From positions 56,172,001-56,236,000 of the forward strand of contig NC_043004.1 of the NCBI RefSeq assembly GCF_006345805.1: DNA of 64,000 bases, in the 5' to 3' direction. Position numbers and translations under genes: made by a program. Shown here in pieces: positions 51,216 to 64,000 of the stretch; the stretch's first letter is position 1, and each line of letters opens with the position of its first letter. The notes under the pieces are model-generated. The model was not told the origin of the DNA, did no database searches, and saw only the letters and a program-made list of their open reading frames with translations. Origin of the DNA: Octopus sinensis. Its lineage: Eukaryota.

Positions 51216-54200
51216 TATGCACAACTCTTCACAATACACACAGTAACACATAATATACACAAACCTGAAAATAAACAAAACACCTCACAATACACGCAGT
51301 AGTTCACAAATCGCACAACATGTCACCATGCACAAAATACATCACAATTCAGACAATGCCTCAATAAACACAACAGTACACGAGACATACAATAGATTGC
51401 AATACAGTTAAAGCGTCTCCATAAAGGCAACAGCTCACAATACAAACTGCCCTTCACAAATCTCCCAACTTCTCACGATACACATAATGCTTCACTATAC
51501 TAATAAAGCATCATAGCATACACACTCCTAACAAAATACCCGACCTCTCAGAATGCACACAATATCTTACAGCACAGTTAACACCAACAAATGCACACAG
51601 CACAACATAATGCATTCAGCACACTATAATACACACAAAGCCTTATAAGGCACACAATGCCTACTTGCTTTCCGATACCTTCCACAACAACACCACTGAA
51701 AGTCACTAGAATAACCCTGATTATCTCTCTTTGGTGAGTTTACTTCTATATATAATCTGATAGTTTTCCTTAAAGCTAATTTCCAGAAACTATTTACCGA
51801 TTCCTCTCACTGACCACCAACAAAGCTCAAGTATGACGCTTAGAAGGGAACTTCTCACACTTACATGAAATGGTGTTGCTGCTGTTCAGAGTGAAATAGA
51901 GGACCACATCCAAGGAAGACATTTAGGAAAACACTTGCTGAGTAGTAAGTTTTAATCACTGGTTTATATAATAAACCATGTATCCTAGTGGGTTGTGTGT
52001 GGTTTCAATTCCGGGACAAGTCGGTGCGTTACAACTTTGATGAAGGCATTTAATTTTACGTTGCTCCAGTCTACTGTAATATATATATATATAGTATTAG
52101 TTGTACTAAGTATCAGCCAGGCACTGGTGTAGTCCTCTCTCCTACCAGTCACGGCCTGAGTGTTCTGTGAGATTTATAGTGCGAAGTCCAATAGGGTTTC
52201 GACGCAAAAGTATGGTGTATATGCTACCAAGTAATACTCGCTCATGAGTACTATTAACTTGTTTCTTGTCACAATATATACTATCACAAATAAATATAAC
52301 TCTGAACTATCAAAGTATCTAATCTATTCCAACTTGTTTCTCTTCTGCTTTTCTCACTCCTATTGTGTCTCACGTGCGTGGTGGAATTGCACAAACAGCT
52401 TCCGAGTCTGACACAGTTGTCTAGAATTACACCATCACCCAAACCATGAGAATGTTCAAACTGAACATCAATCACATCAACCTCGCAACCTTGAAAACAT
52501 AAAAAGGCCATGGTCGCTACCATTCCTTTTACAAATTTTATTTTTCATGGATTATATTTAAAAATGTAGCACTGATGATGGCTTTACAGCCATCGAGGTG
52601 ATCAGAAAAATACAAAATATTCTTTTGAGTAGTCAGTTGTTTCCATAAAGAATGGGTCAGTTGTCATTAGTATTTAAAAGGTGCGTGTTAAATAGAAATG
52701 ACGATAAAGTTAATTAGAGAAGGTCTAAACTTAAAACATGTCATTGTTTGGCCTCATGTAAGCTGTGATAAGTAGAACGGGAACCAAACAGCGTCCGAAA
52801 AGGAATTTATCCTCTGATTGGCACTTAGTATACTTCATAGTTGATTCCAATAAAGATTAAGTGATGGTGATAGACAAGCGGAAGTTTGAGTCTACGACAA
52901 TTAATTTAAAGACAACATATTCAATGTTAGTAAGATATATAATTGACGGCTAATGTACATTAGCCAAGTCTACTAACAAATGCACAGGAAGAGAAAAAAA
53001 ACAAACTTTTAACTGTTTATATACATATGCGATAAATTAACGGCTAATATTATGAATAAATCAACACAACACTAATAACTGAGAAAAGTGACAGACGAAA
53101 AATGACACAGGCACACATAATCACAGACACACACGCACATACATACTCGCAGACACACACAAACGTACTCAAATACAAACTCACACAAACGCATGGAGAT
53201 GTTCACACGAGTCTTGTTAAAGTAATTTGTATTATAACAGCACTCTATAAGAAGATAAATATGAATTTAGGTAAAATATTAAATGTGATTATCAAAGGAG
53301 TTGTTGAATAATGCAAATTAAAGAAAATTATTCATACGTAATTTTTTTCTTTCCATTGAATATCGATAACTTCATGAGATATTCGGAGAATAACAATTAA
53401 ATTACAAACGTAAATTCCTTCATATTTCATAAAAAAACCTACGATAACATCTAAGGACTTGGTACAGTTCAATTTATAAATAATGATTCTGTCCCACATC
53501 AACATTACTGATAATATTTGTCAGAGAATTGTGTAACGATGAAATGGAATGTTGTATACTGAGATAAGTTCGTGGATTTTAATTTAACACAAGGGAGACC
53601 TTGTACATAGCCGAGTATATCTGAGTACCGATGTTCCAATCCAAGACGTCCTTTTTCGACAATATAGAATTACCGAATTTGCATATATATTGTGTGTGTG
53701 TGTGTATATACATACATACACACTATATGTATGTATGCGTCTGTGTTGTATCGTACAGAAGTACCGAAATCAAGACAAAATGATATCATACAAGTCTGCT
53801 GTGATAACAATAAAGGAATTACATGCAAAAGACACGCAAACTCTTTTCACTATTTAATAAACGAAAAGAAATATGCTTAGAATCGATTCTCTCTCCATGA
53901 GCGCCATCCCCCTTTCTCTCTCTCTCTCTCCCTTTATCATACTGTGCAGCTCTCAGTGTACCTACAACTATGAAAGGCATTGGCTGAATTCAAAATGCTC
54001 TCCACTGAATCTGATGGCAAAGAAAAACAATATGGTTCTTGATTAAGCCCGACGGACAAAAAAACAAAGCTAGACAGAATTCCACAATTGCACCTGGTAA
54101 AAACAAGACGTGGGCTTTCGTTTGTTTCTTGCGAAAACAACAAAAGTAGCTACATACAGTAGCATTATCGAAAGCAAACTGACCCTGGATCCATCTAAAA

Positions 54201-54914
54201 AGAAGGAGAAAACACACCAAGGCATTTCAAAACTACATAAGAGTCATATGAGTATTTTTCTCTCTCTATCTCTCCCTATGTCCCCTTTTTTCCCCTCCTG
54301 TTCTCCACAATTATAAGAAAAAAAATGTTTCTTCTGTAATTTTAGTTTTCAACTGGATTTAGATGAACTAATTTTAAATCCTCAAGTTCTGTCGTGCTGA
54401 AGAGCTCAAACCGGTGCGAATTGGCATCATACACGACTTCTAGGATAATAATGAAGGAATGCTATGCAAAAATATGTATACTTTTTTTCACTCTTTGTGA
54501 AAAGAGCATCCCGAAACAAGAAACAGAGAATACGCTTAGAATCGATGTTCTACTGTTCTACTGTTGCAAATATCTCTTTCTATATCACATTATGTGTAGC
54601 TCCCATTATACCTACCACGTTTGCATACACACACACACACATGCTCACATGGGTAATCGTCGCCCGTGTGGGCCTGATAAATTGCATCGATGACAAATGT
54701 TGCTGATGATTTATAGACAAATATGTGAGTATAATTTGCATATTATGTTGATAAAGAAACAATTGTACAACATTAATCCACTTTTTAGTTGTATTTCACT
54801 TTCCTTACGTTGAAAGTAGTGCTATTTCTATGTGGAGGTATCGTCGGCGATTATACCGGAGGAACTATTTCTAGCACAAGAGTTAACCTATTTAACGTTA
54901 ACTCTCTTATATTT

Positions 54915-54948
<34 letters not shown>

Positions 54949-54951
<3 letters not shown>

Positions 54952-55112
54952 CGCAGGAGTGGCTGTGTGGTAAGTAGCTTGCTTACCAACCACATGGTTC
55001 CGGGCTCAGTCCCACTGCGTGGCACTTGGGCAACTGTCTTCTACTATAGCCTCGGGCCGACCAAAGCCTTGTGAGTGGATTTGGTAGACGGAAACTGAAA
55101 GAAGCCCGTCGT
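54949..55112 (+). mobile_element. SINE family X, 5' half ending in (TA)n
   Basis: Matches 60578-60740. Confidence 0.85.
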
Positions 55113-55113
55113 A

Positions 55114-55181
<68 letters not shown>

Positions 55182-55464
55182 TAAGCATATAGATAGATAT
55201 CTTTCAGGAGAAAATTTCTTAAGAGATAGTAAATATTTTAGAACAAAGTTTACGTATTTTTTACAAACACTTTCATTGTTCAACTTATTAAACAGACGTG
55301 TTGATGACTCAAAAGGAAGAAGGAAGTAGACACGATCATAAAAAAAATAATAATAAAATTTCCTGGATGCAAAAGTACGGTTCTTAGAGATTTAACATGT
55401 CTGAGAATCGTATTGTCCACAGAAGTAAAAACAGAATAATGAGAATTGTCTATTTGCATTTGGG

Positions 55465-55755
<291 letters not shown>

Positions 55756-56074
55756 CACTCTGTTTGCACACTCACACACAAACATACACACAGACACAAA
55801 CACAAGCACACACACACACGCGCGCACACACACACATATACGTATGTATATTAAGTTAATGTTTGTTTACACGTTCAGTTATAATAAAAATAAATTTACA
55901 TAAATCTGAGGGTCTACTCTATATATTTGTAGAGTAGAAGTTTATTAATCAAGAATATTATTGATAATGACTTCGAATTTTAGATCAGTTAATCCAACAT
56001 CAGACGTCCATGTGAAGTTGGATAAAAAGATTACCATCTGGTATTAATATTATTTTCATCGTTAGTAACATATT

Positions 56075-56230
56075 GGAGTGGTTGTGTGGTAAGTAGCTTG
56101 CTAACCAACCACATGGTTCCGGGTTCAGTCCCACTGCGTGGCATCTTGGGCAAGTGTCTTCTACTATAGCCCCGGGCCGACCAATGCCTTCTGAGTGGAT
56201 TTGGTAGACGGAAACTGAAAGAAGCCTGTC

Positions 56231-56266
<36 letters not shown>

Positions 56267-56488
56267 ATGTTTGTGTGTCTGTGTTTGTCCCCCTAGCATT
56301 GCTTGACAACCGATGCTGGTGTGTTTACGTCCCCGTCACTTAGTGGTTCAGCAAAAAGAGACCGATAGAATAAGTACTGGGCTTACAAAGAATAAGTCCC
56401 GGGGTCGATTTGCTCGACTAAAGGCGGTGCTCCAGCATGGCCGCAGTCAAATGACTGAAACATGTAAAAGAAAAAGAAAGAAAAAAAA
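56075..56488 (+). mobile_element. tRNA-SINE family X
   Basis: Full head, body and tail match to the other X copies. Confidence 0.88.
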
Positions 56489-57021
56489 CCTACTAGATCT
56501 TGGCGACATCACTGTCCGAAAAGATGCTGATATTCTAGATATCATGAAAACGAGATTTGGCTGGCATGCATTGACCCGACACTCCCTACTGATGATTTCT
56601 GTAGAATTAAATCACGTGATACGTTCGACGATTCTCGTCTGCTAAGGATCTATGTGTGCTTTGATGCACCTAGCGCCGATGTGAGTGAATCTCTCAAGGC
56701 TAATAACGCAGTATTCGGTTGCTAGCAATACATTCATGCTTACTTGAATATAAAGATTACCTTTTGGTAATGATACTGTTTTCGTCGCTAATAAATAAAA
56801 CATGCATGAACTCAATGTTTAATGCTAAGAGGCTGCATTCTATTCAACATCAAATGTAAGAAGGAAAATTCATTTCTTCAAGTACTTGAAGATGAGTGCA
56901 TGACAATTACAATGCAAAATATATCGTGATCTCGCTTTTTCGTATTTGAGAATCTTCCACTTGCAACTATAGGTAAAATTCCTTAGTTATATTTGCCACT
57001 AAACCAGAGCAGGCTCAATGT

Positions 57022-57420
57022 TTGACTAGGCTTCTTTCATCGTTTCGAGGGAGATAAGTTATCATTTACGTACTGGGGTCGATCTAATCGACTGATCCCT
57101 TCCCCCAAAACTTCGGGTCTTGTGCCTAGAGTAGAAGAGAATATTTAACTAGGCGTATTTCATCGTTTCGGGGTCGATAAATTAAGTACCAGTTGCGTAC
57201 TGATGTTGATGTAATCAACTGGGCCCCTCCCCCAAAATTTCGAGCTTTGTGCTTAGAGTAGAAAAGAATATTTGACAAGGCTGAGGTCGACTTTGCCTTT
57301 CATCCTTTCGGGGTCGATAAATTAAATACCAGTTGCGTACTGGGGCGATCTAACCGACTGATCCCCTCCCCCCAAATTCCAGGCCTTGTGCCTAGAGTAG
57401 AAAAGAATATTTGACCAGGC
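57022..57420 (+). repeat. Tandem triplication of a SINE-Y-type 3' module
   Basis: Three ~125-140-bp units, each ending gagtagaa(a/g)agaatattt and followed by (g/a)ac(t/a/c)aggc. Confidence 0.8.
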
Positions 57421-57550
57421 TGGTGTACTTCTAAATTGCTTTGATAATTTTGAAATTATGAACTAATGATACGCGCCTGTTTCTTTGATGACTTCGTTGT
57501 AAATAGCACACATAAATTTTCCAGGAGTGTTGGGGTAGTGTTTATATAAT

Positions 57551-57911
57551 GTGAAGGCGCAATGGCCCACTGGTTACGATAGCGGACTCGACGTTGCGGG
57601 ATCGCGGTTTCGATTCCCAGACCGGGCGTTGTGTGTGTTTATTGAGCGAAATCACCTAAAGCTCCACGGAACTCCGGCAGTGTGTGGTGGCGTATCCTGC
57701 TGTACTCTTTCACCACAACTTTCTTTCAATTTTCTCCCTGTTTCTGTTGCACCTGAATTTCAAAGGAGCTAACCTGTCACGCTGAATCTCTCCTAGAACA
57801 ACGTTAAAGGTACACGTGTTTGTGGAGTTCTCAGCCACTTACGCGTTAATTTCATGAGTTCCGTTGATCGGATCCACTGGAACCCTTGTCGTCGTAACCG
57901 ATAGAATGCCA
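57551..57911 (+). mobile_element. tRNA-SINE family Z
   Basis: Matches 24884-25263. Confidence 0.85.
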
Positions 57912-58010
57912 CGATGTATGTAATGATTCCCTGGTTCGTCAGGGAATCACGAAATGGGACATACTTAGATTCGTTGGAATGTATTCATCAAATGTTTAAT
58001 TCGTGCATGT

Positions 58011-58092
58011 ATACACCTGATGAAAACGGTTTTTTTCACGTGATGTAATAACGCTTTCATCAATAAAAACATCTGAAACAGCTGTAGTGAGT
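58011..58092 (+). ncRNA. Candidate decayed minimal hammerhead
   Basis: CAC-CUGAUGA(58017-58023)...GAAA(58075-58078)-CAGCUGU-A-GUG; palindromic stem III ACAGCUGU; stem II mismatched. Confidence 0.4.
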
Positions 58093-58310
58093 GAACCACT
58101 AACTATAGGTTGTTATTAGTTTATTATTCAATTAAATATGTAATATTCATCGAGAAACGTTGGTAAAGAAACTTTCTAAGTAAACAATATTTTTGGGTAT
58201 AATTGCGTCTAATGACGAGAACACTTACCTTATATGTACATACAGGTATATATACATATACGTACATATACGTATATATATGTATACATATATACATGTG
58301 TATGTATACA

Positions 58311-58348
<38 letters not shown>

Positions 58349-58790
58349 TATATATATATATATTTATATTATATAGAGGGTACCATTATTCATAGGTACC
58401 GCACGCTAGGAGGGACTTTTGCAGTCAAAACTACTAAAATAAACAACTTGTACCGAATGCAAAACTTCAAAGCAAGTAATTTAGAAACAGAATTTAGTTA
58501 CATATCACCTGTGATTTCGCAATCAATGCAGAATATGCATTCTATGCTCTTCAGTGCAACGAACTCAAGACATATAAGAAAAAACACAACATTACAAACC
58601 CGACAGCCAACCGCAGAATTCGCCGCAGCATGTACGAATGTTTATCTTTACATATCAATGAAAATGGCGGGCTTATTCGCCAATATAAATAAATATTTTC
58701 AAAGTGGAAAAATTTACAGATTTTTTCTCTTACGAGGTTTTTCACGCTAACTACTGATAATTTCTTATAAAGATTTTATCCTGATTTTAA

Positions 58791-58821
<31 letters not shown>

Positions 58822-60577
58822 CGTATATCTGAAATCTGACATCTATATACGCATGTATTTGTGTGTGTGCGCGCGTGCGTGTATATCCCCCACCACACAC
58901 ACAGAGTCACACTCATAGTCAACACATATATACATATATGTTTATGTCATTTCTATTGGCAAGCCTACTGAGAGTTTGTCATTAAGAACCTTCATTCCGA
59001 GCACATCTACCGTATCTTGTTTCTGCTTTGAACAATATTGTTTGCTTAGAAAGTTTCTTTCCCAACGTTTCTCGACAAATATATATTTACATGTTTATAT
59101 CCTCACAGGGTTCATTCTTAAACCGCCTTCCCCTCCTAACTAATGCAGAATAGAAAAAATAATATCCTTTAAGTAATAAATATAAAAAAAGACATAAAGG
59201 ATTAACTATTCATCCAATATTTCCGCTCCAAGAGAATCTCTAAGGATATTTAACACAGAATTCAATACAAAGTAAGTTAAATAAAACATCGCAGATTATT
59301 TTAGAATTATATAAGATTCTTTGAATGGAGCAGCTGAAAGAATCATAACCTGTTATCTGCAAGCATTGTCTGCTGCACACGCTAGATTTATTCTTAATTT
59401 AGATCATCTTTCTTGGAATTGTGAAGCAAAGATGACAGGTGGAATTAGAATTAAGAAAATAACTTAAAAAATCTCACATAGGCATAAAGCAACAAGTTTG
59501 CAGTATGAATGAAATTGCTTAAAGCTTGTGTCTTCACCGAAGATTTTTACCAACGGTAAAATAGAAGTGAGATGGAAGTAATTTCGGGGACTCAATTTTC
59601 GTTGATTACGTGAACCATAGTTGAATCTTTCATACCTATTGAAAATGATGGTGATTTATAATCAATGTTATGCATTCTTTCTCATAGCAACTTTTATATA
59701 TTCATACTCTTACATGGAGCTAATTGTCTGCGTGTGTGAGTATGTGTGTGTATCATGCGTAACACAACGGATATCAGAACTGAAGTAAATTTCAATATTA
59801 TGAAACTGTTTGTGTGATGCATATGCGTATGTGCGTGCGCGTGTGCATGTATGTATGTATGTATGTATGTATGTATGTATGTATGTATGTATGTATGTAT
59901 GTATGTATGTGTTTTGTGTGTGTGTTGTGTGTGTGTGTGTTGTGCGTGTGTGTGTGTGTTGTGTGAGTGTGTGTTGTGCGTGTGTGTGTGTGTTGTGTGT
60001 GTGTCTGTGTGTGTGTGTTGTGCTTTTGTGTATGTATTATATATACTTCAACGCAATTGATGTGCAGAATAAAGGGGTAACGTTTCCGCCAGATCTTCCT
60101 TTCAGTTGAAGTAAAATTTATGAATTATTCTGCGTTTAAACCATTGCAATTCATCGTTACATAATCGTCTACTAAATATAATCAGAAATATTGATGTTTA
60201 ACAGCATAACTGGCGGAAGAAGCCAAGTATGCCTTCTACGGGAGGCGGTCAACAAACCGTGAAACATACTGCTTGAAGTTACCCCAGTTTTCCCCGCATA
60301 TCAAATACCCTGGAAAAGACGGTATACACATTAATATCATCTACAGACACACATAACATACACACATATGCACGCAACTACGCACGGGCGCACATACGCA
60401 CGCACACACACATACACAAATACACACACACTCGTATATATTAATTAAGAAAAAATATCAGAGAAAACTACAATTGCTACTTTAGTTGTACTTGAAAATA
60501 TACATTCATAAATGAAGAGAAATAAGGTGATGTAATGTCTATGCAGTTCTCACAAATCATTAACTGTGCAGGACAAT

Positions 60578-60982
60578 AGGCGTAGGAGTGGCTGTGTGGT
60601 AAGTAGCTTGCTTACCAACCACATGGTTCTGGGTTCAGTCCCACTGCGTGGCACCTTGTGCAAGTCTATTCTACTATAGCCTTGCGCCAACAAAAGCCTT
60701 GTAAGTGGATTTGGTAGACGGAAACTGAAAGAAGCCCGTCGTATAGATGTATATGTGAGTGTGTGTGTATACGTTTCTGTGTCTGTGTTTGTGTCCCCAA
60801 CATCGCTTGACAACCGATGTTGGTGTGTATACGTCCCCGTAACTTAGCAGTTAGGCAAAAGAACCGTTAGAATAAGTACTAGGCTTACAAAGAATAAGTC
60901 CTGGAGTCGATTTGCCCGACTAAAGGCGGTGCTCCAGCATGGCCGCAGTCAAATGACTGAAACAAGTAAAAGAGTAAAAGAG
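60578..60982 (+). mobile_element. tRNA-SINE family X
   Basis: A box TGGCTGTGTGG, B-box-like GGTTCAGTCCC, tail (agagtaaa)2. Confidence 0.88.
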
Positions 60983-63204
60983 TGTATATAAAGCGCTGTT
61001 AATTATGAATTTCAGTTCTGTATTCATTGACAAAGGAATGATTATGGTAGTATTTGAAACAACGCCAATATGTTAACTGTATTTAGTATGCTCATACCTA
61101 AAGCAAATTCGGACACTAGCGTGTTTGAATAACTTTAAGTTCTTTTATTCTTGTATTCTTACATTTGTTTCGGCCATTGAATTACAGCCACACTGGGACA
61201 TTTCTTTGAGGGATTTCAGTTAAAAAATTAATTGCATTTTTTATTCTAAGTTTGCTAGTTATTCTATCGATAATTTCGCTGAACAACTAAGTTTCGCTGG
61301 CGTAAATGAACCTACACCGATTGCCAAGCAATGAGGAACGAACTCCAACACAAAAACTCACACAGACACATAGTCACACAGAGACACACACAGTCACAAA
61401 CATACACATATATTCATACACACGTCTCAGGCTCATACATAATTTCCGTCTCACTGACAAGGCATTAATCCGTTCCGGACTATATAAGAAGATATTTGCG
61501 TTTGGTTTGAACCCGTATCGCGTGAATTTCTGGCAAACTTCTTAACCATATAGACATATCTCCTCCATGTGAGAGTATATATGAAACAAACTTTATTGCA
61601 AATACATCCGCAACGTCGGTTGCTACATCACTTTACATTACAAACCTTTCTTTACTCAAATGAATAGAATTAATTTCCTTTGAAGCTTCCCAGCTGAACA
61701 GAATTCTTTTCGTTTACGACGTTGAATGTTCTTAAAAACGAACTAAACATCACAAAACCACATTTCCTCATATCAATATTTAAGAGAAATGAATATTTTT
61801 AACTCATTTCACTTTCCTACCATGTATACAGTTCAGAGTAACTTTGATGTAGATTTAATGGTTTAAACGACCGTGCGCCACCGAATTTTCTGAGATCTTA
61901 GAGTGCTTTTTTGTGTCGTTCAAATATAATAAGTTCAAATACAAGTAAGGTCAAATTTTCCTTTTATCATCACGAGGTTGATAAAATAACTACTATTAAT
62001 ATATTAATGCTGTTTCATCGACTAATACCTTCTATTTCTAAAACATTGGCTGGGAGCCTAAAAAACACAATAATTTAGATCTGTTTTCTAACAAACCATT
62101 TTAAATGCTTTACAGGCGTATAATTTCTAACGTTATTATAAGTTTTTGCGGAAGCATTTGTAATTTTTGTTTGTTATGTTGGTCGATAGAGTTGTTGAGC
62201 TCGAAAAAAGAAAATAAGATGGGAAACGATATGAAGAAATGAAGACGGAAAGAGGAAAAAATTTAATAAGACCTAGAAGGCATTTGAAAAGTGTTATCTC
62301 AAGCCAGTGTTTTGTTTGAAAGCTGGTTAAAAACTTATTTTAATCAATATTGATACAATTGCTTTCTTAATATCTCAATAAATTACTGCTCCTTTCTTTC
62401 TCTGAACCGTTTCCCTCTCTTCCTTTCATACCTGTTACCTCTCCCTATCTAACCCTCTATCTGTCCATTCATCCGTCTGTCTGCCTGCCTGCCTGCCTGT
62501 CTGTTCGTCTGTCCGTCCCTCTGTCGGCCTGTCTATCTGTCTCTGCCACATCTTTATCACTCTTCGTTTCTTCCCCGTTTCTATAATAATACAAGTTCTT
62601 ACTCCTTCCCTGTATGCTTCAGCTTGTGCCTGTATGTTTGCGCTTGTGTATGAATGTCCGAGTGTGGTGTATACGTGTGGATATGCGCATATAGATATGT
62701 ATATATGCGAATATACGTATATATATATATGTATATGTGTATGCACAATAATACATTTTCCCTAATATCTTCTACTGTGACGTTCCTCATCTCACACACG
62801 CTGTCTTACTTAATTACCCTTAATTTCTTAGTGCCTATCAACTTCTAAATCTCCACCTATGACCTGCCATGTTTCCAAATACGCGAGCATAAACATGACC
62901 AGACGCATAGGAAGGGGCAAACACATAAACGGAGACATGATGATTCAAAACGTTTCCTTCATTTCCCATTCTTATTATCATTCGTCCCTCAAGCATTTCA
63001 TAGTTTGTCTCTTTCTCTCTCACTTTCTCCTTCTCTCCCCCTCACACTCTTCCCTTTCATCATTGCTCTACTCATCGCCTATAAACATTTTGTTGCCACT
63101 CATATCCTCCTCTCGCTCCTGTCTTCCTCATAATAATTACCTTTCCATTAACTCCGTGGTTATTTTCTTCTAGTTTATCCGCACTACTAGCATCTATCCA
63201 TCTT

Positions 63205-63251
<47 letters not shown>

Positions 63252-63268
63252 GTCTATCTGTCTATCTG

Positions 63269-63336
<68 letters not shown>

Positions 63337-63544
63337 ACTATCTATCTATATATCTGTCCGTCTATATATCTATCTTTCTATGCACCTGTCTGTCTGCATG
63401 TGTGTCTATTTATTTATGAACCTATCTGTCTCTCTGTCAGTCTGTCAGTCTGTCTCTCTCTCTATCTCTGTCTTTCTATCTACTTGTCTGTCGGTCTGTC
63501 TGTTTCTGATTATGTATGTATCTATCTGTCTGTCTGCCTGTCCG

Positions 63545-63605
<61 letters not shown>
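63205..63605. repeat. (TATC)/(TGTC) compound tract
   Basis: Direct inspection. Confidence 0.9.
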
Positions 63606-63769
63606 TTACTTTCCTTTGTCTCTCTACAGTCTCCCTTTCTGTTTGTATGTCTATCATTTTTACAAACACTATAACAATATTTCTCATTATCTCTTTCTCT
63701 CATACATGTCTATTTTTGACCCCTAAATACATACACATTTACATACAATCAACATATCTATATACATAC

Positions 63770-63927
63770 ATAATTATATATATATATATATATAAATATA
63801 AACATATATATGTATACATATATACATACATATATATACGTATATATATATATGTATATATATATATATACACATATATATATATATATGTGTGTGTGCG
63901 TATGTATATATATATATATATATATAC

Positions 63928-63994
<67 letters not shown>

Positions 63995-64000
63995 CGTCAA
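63770..64000. repeat. (TA)n-rich tract to the window end
   Basis: Direct inspection. Confidence 0.95.

Noticed and set aside
56605-56680. Plus-strand candidate exon IKSRDTFDDSRLLRIYVCFDAPSAD with good splice sites
   Set aside because: Opposite strand to the other candidates and no homology, which shows such candidates arise by chance.
57022-57420. CRISPR-like or other regular repeat-spacer array
   Set aside because: Units are whole SINE modules with no unique spacers, and the DNA is eukaryotic.
58193-58750. 185-aa ORF
   Set aside because: The N-terminus is microsatellite-derived, and the rest has no recognisable motif or splice support.

Overview
AT-rich, microsatellite-dense animal genomic DNA. 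The SINE repertoire and repeat density suggest an octopus/cephalopod genome (inference from recalled repeat families, not verified). No host gene can be supported with confidence. The window is dominated by non-LTR retrotransposons that sit in microsatellites. (1) A Tx1-like (L1 clade, APE-RT) LINE family has five copies that all end in AATAAAGAAAC|ATATCT, and four run directly into (TATC)n arrays: a 5'-truncated copy at 15.9 kb, a tandem pair at 26.9-36.1 kb, a decayed full-length copy at 41.9-48.0 kb, and a ~125-bp 3' fragment at 21.4 kb. The full-length member of the tandem pair is broken only by four single-base homopolymer deletions. (2) R4/Dong-clade RT-RLE elements from two lineages are embedded in (TAA)n, including a head-to-tail array at 7.0-9.75 kb. 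(3) Penelope-like (Naiad-type GIY-YIG) material is present, with palindromes and minimal hammerhead-ribozyme motifs, including an inverted pair that puts one hammerhead on each strand. Also present: RTE and CR1/L2-like LINE ends, four tRNA-derived SINE families, a MITE with telomere-like repeats, a Helitron-like fragment, and many simple repeats that account for most ORF-track entries. Best leads: the (TATC/GATA)n-targeting Tx1 system (tandem arrays, mosaic copies, a possible ORF1-ORF2 fusing micro-intron) and the inverted hammerhead pair.
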